Below are positions 25,385 through 37,289 of a stretch of 64,000 nucleotides of DNA, in pieces. The stretch comes from Cetorhinus maximus. Taxonomy: Eukaryota. Every line of letters begins with the position of its first letter. Position 1 is the stretch's first letter. The stretch lies in contig NC_135888.1 in the NCBI RefSeq assembly GCF_964194155.1, positions 91,822,001 to 91,886,000 on the forward strand, written 5' to 3'. Below the pieces are notes generated by a model, which saw only the letters and a list, made by a program, of their open reading frames with translations, was not told the DNA's origin and searched no databases. The translations under genes were made by a program, and so were the position numbers.

Positions 25385-27670
25385 CCTTTAATATCTTTTC
25401 TCTCATAGAGAGGGAGGTGTTATCTTTAGTCTCCTCATCTGTCCTCCTGGCAATCATTGGAGCGATTAGTGAGCATACCGTTATACTGATAATTAAAGAA
25501 AATTTACTTTCTCCCCCTCCCTTTGCAAAGCTTTGACTTGTTTAAGCAGGTTAGCTTTGGCAATCAAATGGTTAAAGCAATATTATAATATTTATACATA
25601 CACATCTATAATCAACTGACTAATGGCCAGTTCCATGGTAATGTAATGGAGTGATGACCATAGGCCTAATTTGCACACCACATTGGGGATGCATACAGAA
25701 GGTTGGGTTGTTCAATGGTTTTCCCAATATATTAAAACTCTGCTCCTGAGCAGTCAGACAACAGGTGACATTTCCAAAATATATAGTCTGTGGCCTCACA
25801 TGGTTATCAGGGATAACTTCCAATGAGGAATTAATAGGTACTGTACATTAAACCCACATGATCCTGTGGTGTTTGAATCAAGGTGGAATGGGCACATTAC
25901 CATACCTTCTCATGCCTGATGACACCCCTCTATACAAGTGGTCATACTTTCCTCCTTTATCTCCATTTCATAATTTTCTGTATGTAGATATTTCATAAAA
26001 TACCCCTTGTTTTTAATTATCCTAATATTTTCAAATCTGTACAAGTCCAGGGGCTGAATCTTCGGCTCGGCGAGCGGGAGCGGGGCCCACTCGCCGAGGC
26101 ATAAAATGACGTGCGGTGATGTCGGGCGTGCGTCCCGACGTCACTGCGCATCATTTAGATTTTCAGTTCAGCGGGCACACAGCCGGCTCAGCTACGCACC
26201 CGCCGACCTGTCAAAGGCCTGTTAAGGCCATTAATGAACTAAGTAAGCCTATTGAGAAAGCTGCCCGTCCAACCTTAAAGTTGGGGGGCAGGCGAAGAGC
26301 CCAGGCGGCCTTTGCATTTTTCATGGAACCTCATCCACGGGCGGGATGGGGTATCATGAATGATTTAAAATTTTTAGAAAAGATTTTCTTAAAATTAATG
26401 CACGTGACAGTTTCACATGAGGGGACATGTCATAAAATTTTTTACAACACTTTATTAGACTGTTTAAAATTAAAACTAATCTCCCTGAGGCACTTCTGTG
26501 CCTCAGGGGGATTTCTGCACCCTTTCGTGCACATGCAATATTTATACATACACACCTATAATCAACTGACTGAAGACCAGTTCCATGGTAATGTTATAGA
26601 GTGATGACCAGAGACTTAATTTGCACACTATATTGGGGATGCATGCAGAAAGCTGGGTTGTTAATGTTAATGTTAACTCCCGGCTCAGGCAACACACCCC
26701 CCACCCCGCCCACACAGGGAGTGCACAGAGCTTCCAGGTGTGCATCATGCTAGGCGGGACTTAATTGGCCCGCCCACATAAAATGGCAGCATGGACCAGA
26801 TGAGGGGTGCCGATCGGGTCCGCACCCACCCATGCCCACCCCTGCACAACCCCACCCGATGCGGGAAAATTCTACCCCAGGGGTACATGCTTTTTGGGTA
26901 CCACTGGCACCCTTAACACAATTCCTAAAATCTTAGTTTGTGTCTTCCCACACTTCATGAGAATGGGATAAGCTTACGTGTCGTTCGGGACTGGCATGGA
27001 CTCAGCCCCTGATCACAGGAACTCGAGGCTCTCAAATGATCATCATCTATCCACTCGGGAACTTCCCCATCCTTTAACTGCTGCAAGTTTTCCCGTATCT
27101 GCTCAACCAGCCATGATCCATATATCACACATACGTCATTCTGTTCTGCCTCAGCGGACACATTTTATCTTCTCTATTTTCCTGATTAATTACTTGTGAC
27201 ATCTTCACCAATATTTTAACTACTTCCTGCATTTGGATGGTTATTCTCTGATTCTCCCTTAACCCATCTGTTTCAGCTGTAACACTTTGCTTTATCATTT
27301 CCTTGAGCCTAATTTTAAGGTCATTAAATTGTATTTCTAGCTGGGCATTATCAAGACTGTAAACTAGCAAAGTGCCTGTATTAAAAACAGTGGCTGTATC
27401 AATTATTACACCTCGTCTCCCCTTGATACGCTCCATGGTGCTTTCATTATCCTTACTTTCCCCATACCAATTCTCAGAGAATTGTATAAATACTTGCTGC
27501 AATAATTTCACATGCAATTGTTCACTTTGGGTTTACACATTGCAGGCAAATGTAATCTGGGAAGGTTCAGCATCACTGGTACCACTTCATAATATACCCC
27601 AAAATACAATTGCTGTCTGGTGGGAATTATTACTAATCCGTTAGGTAGTCCGGGAATTTGCTTCAGACAT
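25385..27670 (-). pseudogene. env: env-like class I fusion glycoprotein relic (F-protein-like layout), interrupted by a MITE
   Basis: GLVIIPTRQQLYFGVYYEVVPVMLNL; basic site RIKGRR|GVIIDTATVFNTGTLLVYSLD; heptad region; CVIYGSWLVEQIRENLQQLKDGEVPEWI; GIVLRVPVV...LYRFENI; hydrophobic FSLIISITVCSLIA near 25460-25500; ends KGGL at the PPT/LTR. Confidence 0.75.
26051..26877 (-). mobile_element. Hairpin MITE copy 3, carrying a 126-bp env-derived insert
   Basis: GGGCTGAATCTT...AAAATTCTACCC, CAG TSD (26048-26050 / 26878-26880). Confidence 0.9.
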
Positions 27671-28097
27671 TATATTTATTTTCCCCTGTCTTAGGGTTTT
27701 AGGGGAGGTTTTTTTGCCTTAAATCTTAGTTCTATTCCCTTCATGCTCCCAGGAGGTCTGGCTGTTACACACGAGTCACCTGAAGTGGCCCACTTAATAC
27801 CATTCCCTTCACTATCCTGCAGCCATCATTTCAAGGTTATGGCAGTAGTGGTAGCACATGAGGTATTACTTCCCTTAATATAGAAATATATCCCTTCCTT
27901 TCCCTTCCACCACTTTATCCAACCTAATTTATTCCATTCTTCTCTTGTGTTATTGGCATTCCCCACTGTTTCCCACTGTGAAATATAATTCCCTTTTTCA
28001 TCAATTTATTTCTTCAGCCAGAGATGATAACCAATTTGTTCTTAATGGCTTTAGTATCTGTGGTATTTGGATTAAAATATGTTGAAGGTGATGTAAC

Positions 28098-29533
28098 TGT
28101 CATGAAGCTATTAATGTATATGATATTTTGGAAAATATTTTTCTTTTAAAATAGAGATTTAGTCTGCGGGTGTGTCTTAGTTGGATTAAAGCCAGCTAAT
28201 CTGGATGCTTTGATGGGTACTAGTTTTGATAGGTAAGAGAGAGAGCATGCATTTGCATTTTTTGAATACAGCATTCAAGAAGTGAGGTGAAAACTGATGC
28301 CTATCTAGCAGTTACCAAGCAATATATTTATATTACTAATAAAGTTGGTACTATGAAAGGGGTTTTATTGTTAGAGAGGTTTAGTTCAGCGGTTGTTGAT
28401 ATAATGAGAATTAACATTCAACTGGGCTGGTAGGTATAATTTCAGTAGTTTTCGCGTGTGCAGAGCAGAGGCAATGTGAGATCAAAAGGCAGCTGCAAGC
28501 CTCCAACTGGCTCCACAGGAACCAAGTGAAAGAACCTCATTTTGAATTCATAAGGTGAAAATGCTTTGCCTGGTGTTTGGTTAAGTCTATGGATTGCTGT
28601 TGCCTTAATGGAGATTAGTTGGCTTTCTTGAGTGAAAGAAAGAGTGAGTTTATTATTTACTAAAACACGAGAAAAAAATAATAAAATGCAACACACATGC
28701 ACACAGGTTAGAAATGAGAAGTGAATTCAGAAATAAAAGTTAAGAAGATATATGAATCACCTTTGGCTTGTCTGTGAGGAGTAGATGGTGGAATGTTACA
28801 TCAGTTAAGTTGGGTGATTCCAGTAGAGCTGACTTTGGAGCTGAGCAGTGGGTTTGGAGATTCTTGATTCTGCAGGTTAGTTGAAAGGTTTTGTCCTGTT
28901 TCCTCTATGACTGTGGTTTTGCTGACTTGTGATTTGCCTCCAGCAATTGGAGAAGAATGTTTTACCTACAAGTGCAGGGATGCCTAGTTGAAGTTCTTCA
29001 GCTGTGACCTTCACAGTACACCCTCACTCACCAGGCCTGGAACACCAAAACTAGCACACAGAACTAGGGTTGCAGTTGGCTTTTTAACCCCTTTTCTTGT
29101 GTATTCCTGGAAGGGAAAAAGCAAACATGTATTTCGCCCAGATCTGCTTTCTTTTTCGCCCAGATCTGCTTTCTTTTCAACTCACACCATGTCCACAGTC
29201 TGGGATGTAACTCAAAGAACATGGTTTCTACTAAGATGGTAATCAGACTTCATTATTTCCACAACCACAGGAGAGTACAGTTCAATTTTTGCATTGCATC
29301 TTTTCCATTGAAGTGTCTCTGTCTTAAGTAGGTCTTGACACTATTTTACGTGTGACATTCCATTCTCTGGACTAGTTGGTCAAGTGCAATCCACATAGCA
29401 ATTTTCCAGCAAGTGGTTACTTTATAGTCTCAGCCAACTTTTGCTTGTATGTCTTTTATTTTAAAAACACATGTCTTACTTAGAAGTTCAATATGTCTGT
29501 AAGTAACTTGGGGATATGATCCATGGTCATGAT
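28098..29533. mobile_element. Probable LTR-like repeat fragments (two, apparently opposite orientation)
   Basis: Begins TGTCATGA and ends TCATGAT(A); non-coding; no matching TSD found. Confidence 0.3.
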
Positions 29534-29958
29534 ATCCTGAACCCACATTTACATGTTCATCTACTTTATTTCCAGGGTTATTTACCCTACATCAATCACT
29601 TGTTCCGGTCTATTTGGCCAATGACCAAAGGACATGTACCCAAGGTGTCACCTCTCCACTGTCCATCTCAAGGTTATCTTTCTGCTTACATCATGCTAGG
29701 TGCCATTTGGTAACTCCTACCAGACACTCGCCTCAACAAGAGGGCAAAAGGCATCATCCTATCAACTTAGGAAGGTCAAGTGGAAGCTTATACCAGCAGA
29801 CCTCGATATGAGATCCCTGAGAGCACCATTCTCCTTGACTATTATCTTTGTTTACCTCTGTTCCCGGCTGCTAAAATCCGTTTTCTCCTAAGAGAAAGAG
29901 AGAGGGAAAGAAAAACCCTCCTGCTAGGGACCCACAATCCTATGCCTGCTAACTCTAT

Positions 29959-30627
29959 GGGCAGAATTTTGCCCTTGGCGGGTGGGCGGGGGCGGTCGGG
30001 AAGCCGATTGCCGCTCGTGATCGGCACCACACGATGATTTCATACTGGTGGGCCAATTAAGGCCCGCCCAGTGTGAAATGCGAGCGGCAGCGCTAAGCGC
30101 TGCCTGTGTGGGCTGGGGAGGAGGCCAAGTGGGCCGAGCATGAACTTTGCACATGCGCATGAGTGAGCGCTCCATTATCTCCCTGAGGCACGGAGCTGCC
30201 TCAGGGAGATGAAGCGATGTAAAAAAATTTTAATAAAAAGTAATGAAACATGTCCCTTCACGTGACTCTGTCACATGAGCACCTCATGTAAATAATGAAA
30301 AATTAAAGTTTTTATTTTACTCTTAATTGCTTTTGGAAGCCTCATCCTGCTCGTGGATGAGGTTTCCAAAAAATGCAAAGGCCGCTTGGCCTTTTCGCCT
30401 GCCTGTCCAACCTAACAGGCGAAAAATTTGATTTAACTGGTTACTTAATGGTCTTAACAGGACTTTTAATTCTTGGTGGCCACGCTGCCGGCTCAGCGCG
30501 CGCCCGCTGACCGAACTATCGCGTGATTGCACATTGACGTTGGCACGCTCGGCCAATGTCAAACATGCTCCATTTCACGCTTGAGCAGGTCGGGCATGTG
30601 CCCGCCACAGAGTGAAAACTTCTGCCC
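29959..30627 (+). mobile_element. Hairpin MITE copy 4
   Basis: GGGCAGAATTTT...AAACTTCTGCCC, TAT TSD; 14-bp perfect stem at 30177-30210. Confidence 0.92.
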
Positions 30628-30789
30628 TATAAGAATTCTGTAACGTTCTGAAAACTACCATTTTTTACATGGCTGAGATGAAGTATGTGAATGTTAAGCA
30701 TGATTCCTGAGGGACTGGTGCTGAATAAGTGATGGAGATGTGTGCATTGAGCAGTGTGAGAAGTTGTTGGTAGGTATAAGAGGACGCAT

Positions 30790-31035
30790 TTACTCACCTT
30801 GAATACCCGTATGAGGTCAGTGTATTTTTTTCATGTATTGCTGCCATGCCCATAGTGCTAGACCCTGGGTATTCAATGCGTGGGCAATGTGCTGCCATTC
30901 CATCTTCAAGATGTGCGTTGGCAGCTTCTTTCCCATCCAGAGAAATGCTGCCTCCATCCTAGAATCCACCCTGGTGACCAAAGCATCCAGTATAGCCTCA
31001 CTAAACCGAGGTATCCTCTCACTTGCGTGCTGCAA
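30790..31035 (-). pseudogene. Harbinger Myb/SANT partner exon-1 relic
   Basis: MQHASERIPRFSEAILDALV...EWQHIAHALN...WQQYMKK followed by a GTGAGTA donor at ~30791-30797. Confidence 0.75.
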
Positions 31036-31638
31036 AGCCCTTCCAATATTTCAAAATTATTTTCCATCAGAGATGATTTCAGTTGTGCAGCCTCCCTTTA
31101 ATAGGCAGAGAGAGAGAGTCTTTCAGTGGAGCAGGCTGCCTGCAGAATGTGATCACCAAAAAATGGTTTGCACAGAGGCCACAGGCAACATAGAGAGTAA
31201 TGGAGCAGTATTGGAGGAGTACCATAGCCATTCAGTCCACCACTGTCATCAGTCTAGTCAGGTGGATAGAAGAAAATCACATCCTGCACACCTTGATTTC
31301 AATGGGCAGAGGCAGGTCACAAATCACGACCCTAGACTCAAAAAGCCATGGTAGGCCCAATCTAGCCTACAGAGTTACCTGTTCTCCCTTCACATTCTCT
31401 ACATCAGGCCAGTTGAGTCTGCAGGGAAACGTAACCTGCGCTCTTTAATTCTCCTGGTGTTCCTAATCTATTGTTATATACCTCCTGATCTTTATGAACA
31501 CTCTAAACCCTTGTATATTGCACCTATCTCCATCATTTGAAATTTCTATCACATCACAGTTCAAAATTGCCTCTTAAGTTGTTCTTTATCAGTGCCAAAA
31601 AATGAATATCAGGTGTCAAATATCCACACTGAGCCACT

Positions 31639-32309
31639 GAGGAGAATTTTTCCTATGGCAAGAGGGCTGGGCGGGGGCGGGCGCAGAGCCGATTGCCGCC
31701 CGCGATTGGCTGCGCGCTGCCATTTTACGCAGGTGGGCCAATTAAGGCCCGCCCAGCATAACATGCGGCAGGTAGTGCTCAGTGCTACCTGTGTGGGCGG
31801 GGGGAGGATGGAGAGTCAGGGTCTGCGCTTTTTCATACATGCCGCTTAAGAGCGCAGCAATCTCCCTGAGGCACAGAGCTGCCTCAGGGAGATTAAGTGG
31901 ATAATAAAACTTTTTAATAAATAATGTAAAAATTTATTTAAACATGAGCTGAGACATGTTTGTGAATTGTGCAAAATGTATTTAATTATTTTATAAAACC
32001 TTCAGGAAACCTCATCCCGCCCATGGATGAGATTTCCTGAAAAACACGAAGGCCGTTTGGGCTCTTCACCTGCCCGCCAACCTTAAGGTTGGACGGGCGG
32101 GGTTGTTAGCAACCTTAATTACTTTTTTAATGGACTTAATAGACCATTGACAGTTCGTCGGGCGTGCACCCACCTCCGGTGCATGCCCGCGAACAAAATA
32201 TCAAAATGACGCACAATGATGTCGGGACGCATGCCCGATGTCATCGTGCGTCATTTTATGCATCGGCATGCCGGGCCCGCCCCCACACGCCGACAGCAAT
32301 ATTCTGCCC
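31639..32309 (+). mobile_element. Hairpin MITE copy 5
   Basis: GAGGAGAATTTT...AATATTCTGCCC, TSD ACT/ATT; 15-bp perfect stem at 31859-31894. Confidence 0.88.
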
Positions 32310-33074
32310 ATTGTTTCAAACATTTGATTCCTGTTCCAAGACCATAAAAGGCTCAATGAATATTTTCAAGACACATTCCAAGCATTTGGTTTATCTGTCA
32401 ATGGTAATGGATAGATATTTTGCCAGTATTTGATTCAGTTTATCTTTCCAACATTGATTCAGTATTGACTGTATAGTAATTGTATGATGGAAACAGCTCT
32501 AGGAATTGTAGCCCACAATGGAAAAAAGGTTTAAAGAAATTGACAAGTATCATGAATGAATCATCATATTTTTAACCTACACAATTCTTACCTATTACAG
32601 ACTGAGTACCATATTTTCATTTCCTTATTTTCTTATCCAATATCTCCACGGCAGATTCTGATGCAGATAAAATTGTTCCCCAGGCTACAGTTCTTTTGTT
32701 TCATTATTTGCAAGTCTTGATATCAAAACTGAACTCTGGAACAGTATATTTAATAGAATTCTAGAAGATTCACATAGCAAAAATGGAAAGACTCGCATAA
32801 GTTAAATATAGGATATATTATTGTTCAATTAATTCTTTGAAACTTTATTCCAACTTGTTCCATTTCATCACAAATAACTACATTTTCTCTGATTTTCTCT
32901 TTTAATTCCACCTCCCTTGAAGGCAACAACTCATACTGAGGTCAGCTGTACAAGTAAAAGCAATTTTATAAGCTTTATCATGAAGCACATTTTCTTCTGA
33001 AGTTAGAACTGTGAAGTGGTTAATTCAACCTAATTTGCACATTGTTTTCAAATTGTGGGCTCAAACTATGCTCA

Positions 33075-33192
33075 GAAATGCCAATGGAGGGAAGACTGAA
33101 GCAATGGCACTAATTGGGTAGTTGCTTCAAAGAGCCGGCAGAAGGAGGATATGCCAATGACCTCCTTCTGTGCAGTATCATTCCACGATTCC
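33075..33192 (+). mobile_element. Short CR1 3'-tail fragment
   Basis: TCAAAGAGCCGGCA...CCTCCTTCTGTGC...ATTCCACGATTCC, resembling the CR1 3' ends at ~44030-44100 and 56075-56160. Confidence 0.5.
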
Positions 33193-34544
33193 AAAGTGGT
33201 AAATATTGGACAGCATATACAGACAGCTAACCTCAAGAGAATATCTAAGGCAAACCCTAAACCTGTAACAGTCATGTACATTGAAAATCAGAGATTGTGT
33301 AGGGATCTGTCCTAAAGTACCCTATTATTATATATCAGCTCTTGTATTAGAATACTATCCACTACATACAAATAGGGCTTTTCCTCATGTTGCTGCTGTT
33401 GTGACATTAAATTCCCATTAAGTGAAATTGTGGACCATATACAAAATATAAACATACATTTTTAGAAGTGTGAACTTTTGTTCAAGGAGATGTGCCCAAA
33501 CCTTTTTTGGCTTTACAGTAACAGTATTTAAAGGAAAGACTCCCTTTTCTTATATATTTTGATTGGATCATATTACAAATATTGAGGGGAAAGGCCAGTG
33601 TCATGACTAATGGTGAGAATTTCTATGATTTGATCATAAAAGATTTTTAGGATTTACAGGCTCTGCACAATTTTAACAAAGAATGACAATGATATTATAT
33701 GTTAAGTGGCATAATTAAAGTGATAGCAAAAATATATATAATTGCACAGCCATTATATAAATATATAATTACACTCCATTTGAATTAATTAGCTGATATT
33801 GGGAAAGGTGCTTTCTTTGCCCAAGCACCGTTTGTGGGGTCACATATGGCAATTAAATAATTATTTATCTCTTTTATTTTCTGTGTTTTTCATTGGGTTC
33901 TGGGCTGAACAAATGATGTGGAGATTATTAGGTTGGATTTTTCTCACCATCTCCGTCTAAATAAGAAAGATATCTGTGGAAAAAGGCAGGAATTGAGGCA
34001 GTGGAGCTGACCGCCACCTACTCACCTCAATATGGATTTTTCCCCCCTTTCCACTGCACAACATGTCACTGGACATTCCTTCCCTGCGTGGGGATTGGGA
34101 GGTGGAGGTCAGCTTATGCCCAGTCTATTTTCCTCCTACCCTCCTCTCTTACTGCTGTATCCTAGGGCTGCTTGGTAGATAATGGCAATGCTGTGGTTAG
34201 CAATTGCCCCAAATTCTCCCAATGCGGGAAGAAGATCTTTTATTTTTCTAGGTTTGCATCTTATCTGAGGCCTACAAAAACTGCAAGTGTTTTCATCTTT
34301 AGAGATGCCCAGCCTCTTTAAGTGAAGTGGTGGAAGTCTTCTGCAGTCGAGCCTTTTGTAGCCCTGTCTTTGAAACTGGATTTATTTTGCAGAGTTTTAA
34401 TGCAAGCTCTGCTGTTTAAATCCCCAGCAGCTGAATTTCTGGTTCCCCAAGACAAGAAACCTCCCAGGGCTCAGGGAGAAAATTCCATCGTCGTCACATA
34501 GTTTCGTTCTGTGGCATTAACGGGGCAACTGAGGAGGACTGAAA

Positions 34545-34770
34545 TGTCATAGTCCAGCCAGCAGAGTGCCCCACGGTTTAGTGAAGGCTCATTGTGTGAC
34601 CTTCTCCAGGCCGCCTGTGAGCCGAGACTTTTATCCTTGTTATGGCTGCAAGAGGCCCTCTCGGATGACCAAGGAGGCCTGGATGTAGGTCGCCGCAGAG
34701 GTGAGCAGCTGTGGAGCTGGCTCCAGTGCAGCAAAAAGATGAATTACCTCCTCTGCACTGCAAGGGTGAG
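34545..34770 (+). pseudogene. Harbinger Myb/SANT partner exon-1 relic
   Basis: APRFSEGSLCDLLQAA ... KEAWM*VAAEVSSCG ... QCSKKMNYLLCTAR then a GTGAGC donor; TIR-like GGTTGGATTTTT at ~33931. Confidence 0.75.
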
Positions 34771-35396
34771 CTTGACTTACAGATTGGCAAAATGTGGCTC
34801 AAAGGTGGACGATGAGAGTCTGGAGAAAAAACATGAATAAATAAATAAAATTCATATATATTTAGGACATTATACTTTAAAATTGAGAAAATGGACACAG
34901 ATTCATGGATAGCCATTCTTACCAAGAAGACCTCAAACATATACATGGGCAGCACTAGCCTTACAGCTCTGCTTCAAACTAGAAACAGATGTTACCTCAT
35001 CCGTACCATCCACTAGGTATCACTGGGCCTCTTTCCTTTTTTGGAAATAGAGAGTAAAAGTGATCGTAAATCATAAGGCTTAGGCTGGTAATGCAGAAGG
35101 TCAAACAACAACATGAAGTAGAACTCTAAATTGGAAGAGCGCTAATTTCAATTTGATGAAAATGAATTTGGACAAGATAAAATGGAATCAAAGACTCACA
35201 GGAAAAGCTACGGTGGAACAATGTGTGATCTTTAAAGAGGAGATGCTTCTGGTGCATTCCAATAAGGGAAAAAGGTAGGGGAAGCAAAGCCAGTGCTCCT
35301 TGGATGGTGAATGAGATGGTGAATATGATGAAACAAAATAAAAGGGTGTATGATGCTTATCAAGTGAATTCTTCAAGTGAGAACCACGTCAACAGT

Positions 35397-35757
35397 AGGT
35401 GTGACATAGCGGTAATATCACTGGACAATAATCCAGAGGCCCAGTCTAGTAATCTGAGGGCATGGCTTCAAATCCCACTGTGGAAGCTGGTGGAATTTAA
35501 AATTCAATTAATAAATCAGTTATGGTGACCATAAAACAATCATTAATTGTCCATAAAACTCACCAGGCTCACTAATGTCCTTTAAGGAAGGAAATCTACT
35601 ATCCTTACCTGTTGTAGCTTACCTATGACTTCGGATCCACAGCAATGTGGTTGACTCTTTACTGTCCTCTGAAATGGCCTAGGAAGCCATTCAGTTCAAG
35701 GGCAATTAGGGATGGGCAAAAGATGATGGTCATTCCATCCCATGAAAGAATTAAAGA
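35397..35757 (+). mobile_element. tRNA-derived SINE, same family as 10460-10832
   Basis: tRNA-like head, same central core, tail AAGGGCAATTAGGGATGGGCAA...CATCCCATGAAAGAATT. Confidence 0.8.
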
Positions 35758-35929
35758 AAGATTGAGAGAGGAAAATAAGATTGGCAAAGAGAGAACATGA
35801 GAACAGAATGACAGTCAGCATAAAAGGGAGCCCAAAAATCCTCTACCGGTATGTAAATAACAAGTGGATAGTAAGATGTGGAGTGGTTACTATTAAGGAT
35901 AAAGAGAGTAATATATGCTTAGAGAGATG

Positions 35930-36617
35930 GGGCAGAAATTTTCACTGGGTGGGCAGATACGTGCCCGACCTGCTTGAGCGTGAAATGATGTGCGGTGACG
36001 TTGGCCGAGGACGCCGGAATCATGTGATAGTTCGGTCGCTGGGCACATACCGGAGTCTGAAGCATGCCCGCCAACAAGTAAAATGCCTGTTAAGGCCATT
36101 AAATAATCAATTGATGTAAATTTTTCGCTGCCCGCCCAACCTAATGGTTGGCGGGCAGGTGAAAAGGACAAGCAGCCTTCTCATTTGTTTGGAAACCTCA
36201 TCCACAGGCGGGATGAGATTTCCAAAAGCAAATAAAAATAACATAAAAGTTTTACAACTGAATTAATAACATGTCCCAACTCATGTGACAGAGTCACTTG
36301 AGGGGATATGTTTTATAACATTTTTATTTTCTTTATTTGCTTTTTTAAACTACGTTTCATTTCTTTAAGGCAGCTCCGTGCTGCAGGGAGATTATGCAGC
36401 GCTCACTCGCGCGTATGTGCAAAGTTCTCTCTTGGCACACTCACCCCCTCCACACAGGCAGCGCTGAGCGCTGCCACTCGCGTTTCACGCTGGACGGGCT
36501 TTAATTGGCCCACCAGCATGAAATTGTGGTCCGGTGACGATCGTGGGCAGTGGTCGGCTTCCTGACCGCCCCCGCTCGCCCCAGCCAAGCCCACCCGCCA
36601 GGGGCAAAATTTTGTTC
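35930..36617 (-). mobile_element. Hairpin MITE copy 6
   Basis: GGGCAGAAATTTT...AAAATTTTGTTC, TSD ATG/TTG; body colinear with copy 2. Confidence 0.85.
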
Positions 36618-37289
36618 TTGGGGTCAGGCCAGATTATTAAAGGAGTGCTTCGTATCAGTATTTTCTAAGGAAAAGGAATCTGACAAGATATTTGTAGAAG
36701 CAGAGATGGTAGAAGTAATGAATGGGGTGAAAATTGAAAGGCAGGAGGTACTGAAAAGGGTGTCTATGCTTTGAGCATTTAAGTCACCTTGTCTGGATGG
36801 CTTGCTTGCCAGATTGCTAAAGGAAATTGGGGAAGAGAAAGTGGAAGGGCTTTCCTTAATTGCTCAATCTTCCCTAGATGCGGGGAGGTGCTAGAGGATC
36901 GGAGAGTGGCAAATATGACACCTCTATTCGAGAATGGCATCTGCAGGCCAGTCAGTTTCACATCAGTGGTGGGTAAGATTTTAGAAACTGTAAAGATGAC
37001 GATAGGCACAACAGGACATTTCTGCTAGACTGGGCCTGCGACAGGTGTCAAGGGAACCAACAAGAGGGAAAAACCCCAATCTACCTGTCACAGATGCATC
37101 TGTCCATGACAGTATAGATAGGGGTGACCACTATACAGTCCTTTAAAGGCAAAGTCCCATCTTCACACTGAAGATACCCTCCATCATGTTGTGCTAAATG
37201 GGATAGATTCACAACAGATCTAGCAGATCAAAACTGAGCGTCCATCAGTCGCTGCGAGCCATCACAGCATCTGATGGATACCCAGGGAA

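Larger units (their letters stand above)
35130..37000 (+). mobile_element. CR1 ORF2 fragment (APE-RT linker) carrying a SINE and a MITE
   Basis: AKREHENRMTVSIKGSPKILYRYVNNK; VLEDRRVANMTPLF...RPVSFTSVVGKILE. Confidence 0.75.

Noticed and set aside
29132-29175. Perfect 22-bp tandem duplication
   Set aside because: Real, but an ordinary slippage event with no sign of function.
29812-29828. Primer-binding-site-like TGGTGCTCTCAGGGATC on the minus strand for the env element
   Set aside because: No adjacent 5' LTR matching 24702-25378, and I cannot assign a tRNA.
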